A stretch of 64,000 nucleotides of DNA. Origin: a virus. Under the pieces are notes generated by a model. It was not told the origin of the DNA and ran no database searches. It saw nothing but the letters and a program-made list of their open reading frames with translations. The DNA is taken from the IMG/VR virus record IMGVR_UViG_3300009008_000026, positions 1-64,000 of that record; one strand, 5' to 3'. Positions 49,096 through 56,623 of the stretch are shown in pieces. A program made the translations under genes and the position numbers. Position 1 is the stretch's first letter; each line of letters begins with the position of its first letter.

Positions 49096-49612
49096 ATATA
49101 CTAGCGGGAGTGTTCGCAGAGGTGACCTCTATTACGAAGATGATCGTGTGGGTTCCCCCACCTATATTGATTTTGGTTACGATACTATTGCCTTGCGACC
49201 TAGCGGATCAGCTATTCTTTATGCTGAAGATGACGCCGTAGGCATCGGTACGACTACACCAAATTCTACTCTAACTGTTAATGGCTCACTTCAGTTTAAA
49301 GTTGGTCAGTTGAGTGGGAACGCCACCCTTGACGACACTGATCACGTTGCAAGTGTAGATTGCAATTCGGGTAATGTTGTTGTCACGCTGCCTAGCGTTT
49401 CGGAAGAGATGGCTGGGCGTGTATATATTATTAAGCGCGCCGATACTGGCGCCAGTGGTGGTGGAAACTCTCTTATTATTGCCCGCAATGGAGCCAATAT
49501 TGATGGAGCCGCCGCCAACCTTAGCGGGATTGCGAACGGCACATGTCACACCCTAATCTGTGTGGGTGGAGCAGGCTGGATCATAGTAAATAAATATGTC
49601 GGAGGATCTTGA
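49085..49612 (+). CDS. Short fibre/spike-like structural protein
   Basis: 'VGIGTTTPNSTLTVNGS' repeat unit and 'VTLP...GRVYIIK...IDG' fibre C-terminal domain. Confidence 0.55.
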   Translation: MSYKYTSGSVRRGDLYYEDDRVGSPTYIDFGYDTIALRPSGSAILYAEDDAVGIGTTTPNSTLTVNGSLQFKVGQLSGNATLDDTDHVASVDCNSGNVVVTLPSVSEEMAGRVYIIKRADTGASGGGNSLIIARNGANIDGAAANLSGIANGTCHTLICVGGAGWIIVNKYVGGS

Positions 49613-49613
49613 T

Positions 49614-50558
49614 ATGTTTCCTATTGATAAATGGTTTAGAATACTGAACGAGGATCGCAACAACCAGCAAGTTTCAAACGAACCTTATCAAAAGGAGGTA
49701 AGGAAGAATTATGTGAAGGACAGAAACACATACTTGAAGGGTGGACCCATACCAACAGACGCCGGCGGATCGGGGTATACTGAAAACCCCCCCAATAGCA
49801 GGGCCAAAAGCGCGCCTCCCATTGGCGAAGAGGTTGAGCCAGAATCATTTGAGATGAATCCTACACTCCAGCCAGACGTTTTTCAGGAGAACGCGATGCT
49901 CCCAGAAGTTCGTGAGCGCCTTGTAGAAATAGCCAAAGACTTCATCGATGGACTGGAAGTTGCAGTTACGATCCAAGATATAAGATTAACAGGCTCGTTA
50001 GCGAACTACAACTGGTCAAAATACAGCGATGTGGATCTCCATATCATCGTTGACTTTTCAAAAATCGACGAGGACACTCAGTTAGTGAAAGCGTTCTTTG
50101 ATGCGTCCAGAGCAAGGTGGAATGACACTCACGACATCTTACTGCATGGGTTTGAGGTAGAGATATATATTGAAAACATAGAAGAGGGTCATCAATCCAG
50201 TGGAATCTATTCTGTTCTACACAATAAATGGATCATAGAGCCTGCCCCTCAAGATGTTGATATTGATTTTGCGACAGCGCGGAAGAAGAGCGATGATATT
50301 GAGACACGCACAAACCTTATCGACCACATGATCAGTGCTGGGAAGTACGAATCTTCTCTAAGAAGTATCAAGAAAGTTAAAGAGAAGATAAGAAGAATGA
50401 GAAGAGCAGGACTATCCAGCGCACAAAAAGAATTCTCTGCGGAGAATATCGCTTTTAAAATCTTGCGGCGTAACGGTACACTCGCAAGGTTGTCCCAGAT
50501 GAACCACGACACTTATGATAAAACCATGTCTATGCTTGATGAAAAGGAAGAAGAATGA
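49614..50558 (+). CDS. Pol-beta superfamily nucleotidyltransferase with virion-type leader
   Basis: 'LTGSLANYNWSKYSDVDLHI', 'VEIYI'; leader 'DKWFRILNE'; start at ATG 49614 after GGAGG. Confidence 0.75.
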   Translation: MFPIDKWFRILNEDRNNQQVSNEPYQKEVRKNYVKDRNTYLKGGPIPTDAGGSGYTENPPNSRAKSAPPIGEEVEPESFEMNPTLQPDVFQENAMLPEVRERLVEIAKDFIDGLEVAVTIQDIRLTGSLANYNWSKYSDVDLHIIVDFSKIDEDTQLVKAFFDASRARWNDTHDILLHGFEVEIYIENIEEGHQSSGIYSVLHNKWIIEPAPQDVDIDFATARKKSDDIETRTNLIDHMISAGKYESSLRSIKKVKEKIRRMRRAGLSSAQKEFSAENIAFKILRRNGTLARLSQMNHDTYDKTMSMLDEKEEE

Positions 50559-50794
50559 AATTTCGTCCGATTGAGGAAGGGGAGAAGGTATATCCCGGCG
50601 AGTATTTGCTCCACAAGCCGTCGCAGCAGATTGTTATGTGCGGAGCCCTAAAGAGAGAAGAGGGTGTCATCAGAAGCCTTTCTCGCGGGAGACTGTTAGA
50701 AGATCGGATTGAGAACTTCCAAAAAATTCATCTATCCGCCGAAGAACGTAAGAAAAGGAAGTTTAGGAAATCATGTTCAGGCTGTAAGGGTTGA
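50555..50794 (+). CDS. Hypothetical protein
   Basis: Coupled ORF ending CxxC. Confidence 0.6.
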   Translation: MKFRPIEEGEKVYPGEYLLHKPSQQIVMCGALKREEGVIRSLSRGRLLEDRIENFQKIHLSAEERKKRKFRKSCSGCKG

Positions 50795-51018
50795 AAATGA
50801 ATGATCCAATTAACTCAATAAAGACTTTTTGTTTGATCCAAATAGAGATTCAGAAAGATCGCGAGCTTAGACTGAGAAGAGGAATAGAAGACAGCATGAT
50901 TCAAAGAGAGTTTCTTCAATCTCTCTTAAGGGACTTGGGGCATATTGATGTTTCTGACCCAAAACTTATCGGCAGCCTTCTAAGGGAGATTAAAAAAGAA
51001 ACCGAGGGGAGCAAGTGA
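50791..51018 (+). CDS. Hypothetical protein
   Basis: Coupled ORF. Confidence 0.5.
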   Translation: MKMNDPINSIKTFCLIQIEIQKDRELRLRRGIEDSMIQREFLQSLLRDLGHIDVSDPKLIGSLLREIKKETEGSK

Positions 51019-51287
51019 CAAAAATATATTGCTATTGTTTGTTTGACAGATCGGGCAACTTTAGGGGCGTATACAGTTCTGCGAACGCTGTTCACCGAGA
51101 TGCGCTTAAACTGTGTAATAAAGGGGGAGGAAAAGTTGTTATAGAGGGAACCCAAGGAGACAGCCCAGTCGAAGCTAGTGCCACTGCACTAAGGAATATT
51201 CTCAAAGGAGCCTTTGACGTACAGGTCATCTATACATCGGGCCCCGCGTATCGAGCACATATAATTAAAACAAAACTTAAGGAATAA
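51015..51287 (+). CDS. Hypothetical protein
   Basis: Coupled ORF, RBS GAGGGG. Confidence 0.6.
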   Translation: MTKIYCYCLFDRSGNFRGVYSSANAVHRDALKLCNKGGGKVVIEGTQGDSPVEASATALRNILKGAFDVQVIYTSGPAYRAHIIKTKLKE

Positions 51288-51288
51288 A

Positions 51289-51537
51289 ATGGAAACCTTT
51301 ATAGTATACGGCATCTCTGATTGCCCTTCCTGCCTTTATGCATGCGCAGACTTAATGGCAAAAGATTATCAATACGTTTTTGTCAATACGGACTTCTCAA
51401 AAGATTATCGAACTGCACTTTGCAAGAAATTTACTTGGCAAACATTTCCAATTGTGATAAGATCTATAGAGAATAATGAGGAATTTATTGGCGGATACGA
51501 TGAACTGAAGGAATGGATAGCGAAAAACACTCGATAA
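51289..51537 (+). CDS. Glutaredoxin
   Basis: 'CPSC', 'TFP', 'IGGYDEL'. Confidence 0.85.
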   Translation: METFIVYGISDCPSCLYACADLMAKDYQYVFVNTDFSKDYRTALCKKFTWQTFPIVIRSIENNEEFIGGYDELKEWIAKNTR

Positions 51538-51552
51538 AGTTCTATTTATTAT

Positions 51553-51789
51553 ATGATACTCAAGCGAGGGGATTTAATAAGATGGGTAGTAGATTGGGGA
51601 GTGTATGCGATATCTACCAAAGGAGAGGCTCACGGCAGATATCCCCAGTATTGTCATGGGATTGTGATAGAAGTGTCGCGAAAAGATCCCAAAGCTGTGG
51701 TGGTGTTTTGTTACGATTGCAAAAACGAGGGGGGCTACACTATTCTCCACTCCTCGCGCGACGAGTTTGAGCTTTTAAGTGAGGGATAG
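51553..51789 (+). CDS. Small SH3/KOW-like protein (GDLV family)
   Basis: 'LKRGDLIRW...GIVIEV...FELLSE'; preceded by TCTATTTAT at 51541. Confidence 0.6.
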   Translation: MILKRGDLIRWVVDWGVYAISTKGEAHGRYPQYCHGIVIEVSRKDPKAVVVFCYDCKNEGGYTILHSSRDEFELLSEG

Positions 51790-51794
51790 ATAAA

Positions 51795-52070
51795 ATGGAG
51801 AAAGCCCCAATACAAGATGTCATCGAGGCATTAAAGAAAGAGTTTAAAATATGGTATCCCCTTGATTTCCAGCCCAAGCAATCAACCGATGATGGAGGAA
51901 CTCATGTTGAAGTATTTATTGAAAGAGAAGTGCCCGACGAGAGACTAGATGGGTGGCTACTGGAGGTTATCCCTTCTGGTAAATATATGGGTTGGCGATT
52001 GATTATTACAAAAGTTCCATTGGGCTATATTGATTTATTTATAAGAAATGAGAAGAAAAAGGATTGGTAA
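51795..52070 (+). CDS. Hypothetical protein
   Basis: ORF with RBS. Confidence 0.6.
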   Translation: MEKAPIQDVIEALKKEFKIWYPLDFQPKQSTDDGGTHVEVFIEREVPDERLDGWLLEVIPSGKYMGWRLIITKVPLGYIDLFIRNEKKKDW

Positions 52071-52418
52071 GTGAAGGTAGGTGATCTAGTGGCACTCCCG
52101 CGCAGAAGAAACAAAGGCATGGGGATCATACTAAGATATAAGGAGAGTTCCGAACGACTGAATCTTCATTTTAAATCTTTGTCATCCCCGTCAGACTACT
52201 GGTCGGGTTCTCGGAACGACAATGGGATGTTTCTAGGTGAAAGTGTGGAGTTTGCTGATGCATTTTTTCTGTTTAATAATTGGACCAACCATCCCCCGCG
52301 CATTAAAACGAAGTTCGTGTACATAAAATGGTTTCAAAAACCTTCTGAATACCACGTTAAAAAGGTTCGACTCGATGAGGGATGGTATCCTTTAGAATGG
52401 GTTCAAAAAATTGAATAG
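52071..52418 (+). CDS. SH3/KOW-like protein (MKVGDLV family)
   Basis: 'MKVGDLV...GMGIIL...YIKWF...WY'. Confidence 0.65.
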   Translation: MKVGDLVALPRRRNKGMGIILRYKESSERLNLHFKSLSSPSDYWSGSRNDNGMFLGESVEFADAFFLFNNWTNHPPRIKTKFVYIKWFQKPSEYHVKKVRLDEGWYPLEWVQKIE

Positions 52419-52430
52419 TATACTTATAAT

Positions 52431-52697
52431 GTGGATAATAGTGAGGATATAGTTTTTGGTGTGGGGGATCTCGTACTTTGCACGTATGATTTATACGAAG
52501 GGTATGCCTATTTTTTCGAGTTGCCTCACGAAGACTATCCTTTTCGAGGAATTATAGTCGAGGTTCAAGAATACACTGAGTTTGCAGATCGTTTTGGCTA
52601 TGATGAGCTTTATATAGTTCGCTGCTTTGACGGAAATGAGCGTTTCTTTACCCATAGTGAGCTAAAACTTCTTTCTCATGCTAAAAAAGTTCCTTGA
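52431..52697 (+). CDS. SH3/KOW-like protein (GDLV family)
   Basis: 'VGDLV...GIIVEV...YIVRC...ELKLLS'. Confidence 0.65.
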   Translation: MDNSEDIVFGVGDLVLCTYDLYEGYAYFFELPHEDYPFRGIIVEVQEYTEFADRFGYDELYIVRCFDGNERFFTHSELKLLSHAKKVP

Positions 52698-52722
52698 CAA
52701 AGAACAGACAGCGTGATAAGTT
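52694..52722 (+). promoter_or_regulatory. Sigma70-type promoter
   Basis: TTGACA-N17-TAAGTT with TG. Confidence 0.5.
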
Positions 52723-52761
52723 AAATATACCATAGCAATAATGCTAATAAGGAGAGAGAGA

Positions 52762-52956
52762 ATGAGCAATAATATACCAAATACTTTGGACAATCTGATC
52801 ACGCTGTTGGAAAACACCCGCGATGATTACACTAAATTCTATGATAGCGGAAACGCTAGCGCAGGAACTCGTGTTCGCAAGGTGATGCAAGAGGTTAAGG
52901 CCCTCGCACAAGAAACTCGCTTGCATGTGCAAGAGACTAAAAATAACAATACTTAA
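52762..52956 (+). CDS. Histone H1-like Hc1-family nucleoid protein
   Basis: 'KFY..GNASAGTRVRK.MQEVK.LAQE.R' is the Hc1 core. Confidence 0.8.
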   Translation: MSNNIPNTLDNLITLLENTRDDYTKFYDSGNASAGTRVRKVMQEVKALAQETRLHVQETKNNNT

Positions 52957-52972
52957 TGACAGAATCCGCAGG

Positions 52973-53006
52973 GAGGCATGGGTTCACAGATGCCTCACAC
53001 ATTTTT
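52973..53006 (+). terminator. Hairpin, possible terminator
   Basis: GAGGCAT / ATGCCTC stem, T-run 5 nt downstream. Confidence 0.4.
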
Positions 53007-53028
53007 AAATAATTAAAAGGAAAAAGAA

Positions 53029-53289
53029 ATGGAAAAACTTAAATCACTTTGGTCGCGTTGGAAGGTACAGATTAGCTTTGTGGCAGGAGCCTTGGTCGTA
53101 TCAACGACGATGGGAACTTGTTCTTTCGAGCCAGCAGTATCCCCAGCAACGACTGGAACAACAACCACAGAAACCACCACTGGCACAACCACTGGCACGA
53201 CTGACGGGGCGATTGTGGGTGCGGTTGACGCGATTAATGACATCGCCACCGGCACAACCGACAACACTACGGACAATAACGGTCAGTAG
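53029..53289 (+). CDS. Thr-rich small membrane or secreted protein
   Basis: Hydrophobic N-terminal segment then TTTE/TTTG repeats. Confidence 0.6.
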   Translation: MEKLKSLWSRWKVQISFVAGALVVSTTMGTCSFEPAVSPATTGTTTTETTTGTTTGTTDGAIVGAVDAINDIATGTTDNTTDNNGQ

Positions 53290-53501
53290 AGAAGCGAAAG
53301 AAAAAATGTAGAGTGGCTGAGTGTTGCAAGGTAGGAGTCGGGTTCAATGCCTATACTGAACTCTGAGCGGTTGAAGAATGATCTTTAACGCGAAACCTTT
53401 AACCCTTCAAGGTCAAGTGTATAGCACAAAACACACGGGAATTGAAATTAGGCTAGCGAGATGCAGACGCGGCGAAAACAGCGAGCACGACACTTGGCCA
53501 C

Positions 53502-53556
53502 TTTACATTTGCTTTACAATTAACTTCTTGACATGTCATGCGCGGTGTGCTAAATT
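53502..53556 (+). promoter_or_regulatory. Triple-box promoter, variant copy
   Basis: TTTACA-N5-TTTACA-N9-TTGACA-N17-TAAATT. Confidence 0.55.
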
Positions 53557-53579
53557 GTAAAGAGATAAGAGAGAAAAAC

Positions 53580-53753
53580 ATGACATACACAGTAATCTTC
53601 GCAGACCGCAAAAATAATCTAAAAACCGAAGTCTTCTTCGGAGCAGCATGCCACAAGAGGGCATACACAGAGGCCAAGCAAGAGTTTGGGACAGTGGTTG
53701 CCCTTATCACGGGCAATCAGTTGGTCTACACCAGCGCGCCCAGTCGCGCGTAA
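53580..53753 (+). CDS. Small hypothetical protein
   Basis: ATG just downstream of the promoter. Confidence 0.55.
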   Translation: MTYTVIFADRKNNLKTEVFFGAACHKRAYTEAKQEFGTVVALITGNQLVYTSAPSRA

Positions 53754-53762
53754 TTAATAACG

Positions 53763-53837
53763 TGCCCTTAGCTCAGTTGGTAGAGCAATCGACTGTTAAT
53801 CGATGGGTCGCAAGTTCAAGTCTTGCAGGGGCAGCCA
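53763..53837 (+). tRNA. tRNA-Asn (GTT)
   Basis: D-arm GCTC/GAGC, anticodon arm ATCGA-CTGTTAA-TCGAT, T-arm GCAAG-TTCAAGT-CTTGC, encoded CCA; the acceptor/D-arm linker is one nt short. Confidence 0.88.
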
Positions 53838-53993
53838 TTTTTGTAGGATATGCCGCCCTACAGATACAAACAGAATCATTCAGATTCAAAATAATTAATC
53901 ATCATTGTCATTAGGCGCACAATGATTAGCGTTATAACAAGGAGTTTAAGATGCTACATAAAATGAGATGTACACGATTTTTTTCATTAAAAT

Positions 53994-54314
53994 ATGGTTA
54001 AAAAAAGTAAAACATGCAGAAATGCAAAACATGAATTTAAGAGTGAGTACGATAGCAGAGAAGAAGCACAACGATCAGCAGATTACGTCATGAAGAAGTT
54101 CGGTGGATTCGCTGAACCAGTGAAATGCTGGAATTGCAGAAAATGGCACTTAGGAATTGATTCCTGCGAGTGTTCCTATTGCACACCCAGATACGGACTC
54201 GGAACAAAGACACTATTTACTTCGTATGCCGCGGCCAAGTTCATGGCTAGTAAATTTGACCAGTCAGTTTATGAATGCCCGCATGATTTTGGTTATCACT
54301 TAACATCACATTAA
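53994..54314 (+). CDS. Cys/His-rich protein with two similar Zn-binding units
   Basis: 'Y.S.EEA...CWNCRKWHL' and 'F.S..AA...YECP...YHLT'. Confidence 0.65.
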   Translation: MVKKSKTCRNAKHEFKSEYDSREEAQRSADYVMKKFGGFAEPVKCWNCRKWHLGIDSCECSYCTPRYGLGTKTLFTSYAAAKFMASKFDQSVYECPHDFGYHLTSH

Positions 54315-54398
54315 CATATAGGGCATACCACTTGCATGGAGACAAGCACAGGACATAAATAGCAGTAGCTAGACGCTGAACACTAACCCCCTCAAACT

Positions 54399-54474
54399 GC
54401 GCCCGTAGCTCAGGGGTTAGAGCGTTGTTCTTATAAAGCAGATGTCATGGGTTCAAATCCCATCGGGCGCACCA
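54399..54474 (+). tRNA. tRNA-Ile (TAT anticodon)
   Basis: GCGCCCG/CGGGCGC acceptor, loop CTTATAA, T-arm ATGGG-TTCAAAT-CCCAT, discriminator A plus CCA. Confidence 0.88.
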
Positions 54475-54501
54475 CTTCACCACCAACAAAGAGAGAGAAA
54501 C

Positions 54502-54729
54502 ATGTCGCACCATTATGCAGAATTTCGGGAATCAGTCTGGTCAGCCATGACGGGAAAAGAGGAGGATTATACTATTTTGGAGTTTAATCATAACACGAAG
54601 GAATATAAAACGCTGACCACCATCTCGGCGGTTAGCCCTGATGTAGCTAAACTGAAATACATCAAAGAAAGCAAATGGAGTTCTTCACCAGAGACATGCT
54701 TGTTTGTTAAAACACCGATCTGTAGATAA
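54502..54729 (+). CDS. Hypothetical protein
   Basis: ATG after the tRNA; the longer ORF-track start overlaps the tRNA. Confidence 0.6.
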   Translation: MSHHYAEFRESVWSAMTGKEEDYTILEFNHNTKEYKTLTTISAVSPDVAKLKYIKESKWSSSPETCLFVKTPICR

Positions 54730-54741
54730 AAGGGAAAAAGA

Positions 54742-54930
54742 ATGGAAAAAGAAATAGGAACAGTTGTATGGAAATCATACCTTACTTATCTTTTGTTCGG
54801 CACTGTGCGCGAGGTTAAGATTGAAGACGGTTGGCGTTTGCTTCGGATCGAATGGGATCTGCCGCATGCTGCCTTTAAAGTTGATGAATGGCAACGTGCT
54901 GGAAATGTAGGGGTACGGCAAAGAGCATGA
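54742..54930 (+). CDS. Small SH3-like hypothetical protein
   Basis: 'IGTVV...FGTVREV...LRIEW'. Confidence 0.55.
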   Translation: MEKEIGTVVWKSYLTYLLFGTVREVKIEDGWRLLRIEWDLPHAAFKVDEWQRAGNVGVRQRA

Positions 54931-55151
54931 ATAAGATGAATGTAGGAGATGTGGTAAGGCTTAACGACAAGTTCGGACACATTAAAAATAAGAATAATTT
55001 GAACAACGGGGACGTTGGATTTATTATAGCAAACGAAGTTAAGACAGAAGTAAATCCTTTCGGATCATGCATAAAAGTTCTCTTTACAGATGGAACACTT
55101 ATAACTGCCCACTGGGATAACTTTGAACTTTATAAGAGATGTGCAACATGA
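54927..55151 (+). CDS. SH3/KOW-like protein (GDLV family)
   Basis: 'MNVGDVVRL...VGFII...KVLFTDG...FEL'. Confidence 0.65.
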   Translation: MNKMNVGDVVRLNDKFGHIKNKNNLNNGDVGFIIANEVKTEVNPFGSCIKVLFTDGTLITAHWDNFELYKRCAT

Positions 55152-55333
55152 CAGACTATGAAGCGATTGGGATGGCAGAGGGATTTGTGGAGTGCCCAGA
55201 TGAAAAAACTTACTTTGAGGCTTGGCAACACTTAATCAATACAGGACAATGCTGGACTCTTCAGGGATGGTTTGGACGCAGAGCGACAGAGTTAATCGAA
55301 GAGGGCGTTTGTCACCTTCCAACAGATAGTTAA
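55139..55333 (+). CDS. Phage hypothetical protein
   Basis: 'AWQHLINTGQCWTLQGWFGRRA..LIE.G' resembles a common phage family. Confidence 0.7.
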   Translation: MCNMTDYEAIGMAEGFVECPDEKTYFEAWQHLINTGQCWTLQGWFGRRATELIEEGVCHLPTDS

Positions 55334-55432
55334 CGAAGGTGGAAGGTAGGGATCTAAGTGCTACAATTGTATTTGGGTTGGCCGTGATCTTTGCCATAAT
55401 GTTACTGTCATCATTTTTTTGGAGATAACACA

Positions 55433-55654
55433 ATGAGAGCGATTAAAGTTGGCGATCTGGTTACATGGCGACATCCACGCGAGAGAGGCAGGAGCGAGCC
55501 CAAAGGGTGTGGTCTTGTTATCATGGCTGAGATGATGGGGGCACCCGACTACAAAAGGCCATGGCTTGTGGTAAAATGGTCTAATGGAAAAACACAATCT
55601 ATGCCAAAGTGGTTATTAGCTTCCAGAGTGGAGGTGATCAGTGAAAGTAGGTGA
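55433..55654 (+). CDS. MKVGDLV-family microprotein
   Basis: 'IKVGDLVTW...GLVI...VKWSNG...VEVISESR'. Confidence 0.7.
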   Translation: MRAIKVGDLVTWRHPRERGRSEPKGCGLVIMAEMMGAPDYKRPWLVVKWSNGKTQSMPKWLLASRVEVISESR

Positions 55655-55937
55655 TTTAGTAACACTCTCCTCAAGGGCACAAAGCCTATACTCCATGGCT
55701 CCTTGGTCGCCGTACAAAAGGCAAAAACAAGGCAAACATCCTGCGGTTATTGGGCTTGTTGTTGAAGTAAAAGAGAGTGATAATTTCTGGGATAAAGGCA
55801 GAGAACTTTTTTATGTAAAGTGGGTCAATCACGATGGCCCTCCAAGCCGAGAAGGAAGAGCGGGAAAAAACAGGAAACCAAAAGATAAATGTTTTTGGCG
55901 CACTGATTTAAAGTTTGTGTACAAAAAAACCTCATGA
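55641..55937 (+). CDS. MKVGDLV-family microprotein
   Basis: 14-nt overlap with the previous gene; paralogue of 61533. Confidence 0.7.
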   Translation: MKVGDLVTLSSRAQSLYSMAPWSPYKRQKQGKHPAVIGLVVEVKESDNFWDKGRELFYVKWVNHDGPPSREGRAGKNRKPKDKCFWRTDLKFVYKKTS

Positions 55938-56236
55938 GCAGCTTTTATTTATTTATTTTAGTTGCGCTCGCGCTGCTTTTATGTTATTCTAATTATAGAC
56001 GCTCACAACAAATAAAAAAAAGGAAAGAAATAATGAAAATCGGACAAGTAAAAACATGGCTAGACCAAGGGCCAGTAATCTTGTTAGGACAATGCAAGAT
56101 TCCAGATCCTGTATGGATTGGAGATAAGGAGGTTTATATGAACGACCCACATGCATGGCCATCTGAAATCGGCTGGACTGTGAAGCTCCTTGAAACTAAT
56201 GAGATTCTAGACGTTCACGAAGAAACACTTTCTTGA
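55934..56236 (+). CDS. Hypothetical protein
   Basis: N-terminal TM; second in-frame start with RBS at 56033. Confidence 0.55.
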   Translation: MSSFYLFILVALALLLCYSNYRRSQQIKKRKEIMKIGQVKTWLDQGPVILLGQCKIPDPVWIGDKEVYMNDPHAWPSEIGWTVKLLETNEILDVHEETLS

Positions 56237-56277
56237 CAACTTTCTTGTAGACACTCCTGTAAACCCTGTGGTATAAT
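56233..56277 (+). promoter_or_regulatory. Triple-box promoter (first box degenerate)
   Basis: TTGACA-N9-TAGACA-N18-TATAAT with TG. Confidence 0.7.
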
Positions 56278-56304
56278 ACAAACACTAATCAGAGAAGGCT
56301 AAAA

Positions 56305-56571
56305 ATGAATTGGAAATACGGATTAATTCTAGTGGAGGTAAGCGAGGACGGCGAGCAGTTGTGTGAACTGGTGGAGTTGTACAAGCTCGACGACAGTGAT
56401 ACATACGGGGCTTTTTGCCCCGCACGGATCATGTCGCCAGAAGAATTGAGCCGCGCCAACAAAGATGTCGAGCGCGATGGTGTTAACAAATACTTTTATG
56501 ATCACGGCACCTTCACCCGCCAGCCGCGCGAACTTCCGCAATACGAGTGGGATTGGCGACCCAAGGGATAA
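56305..56571 (+). CDS. Hypothetical protein
   Basis: First ORF after the promoter. Confidence 0.65.
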   Translation: MNWKYGLILVEVSEDGEQLCELVELYKLDDSDTYGAFCPARIMSPEELSRANKDVERDGVNKYFYDHGTFTRQPRELPQYEWDWRPKG

Positions 56572-56623
56572 ATAATGTTAAGAGAGTTCGAGCAAACAAA
56601 GAAAGCTATCGAAGATTCAGGGT

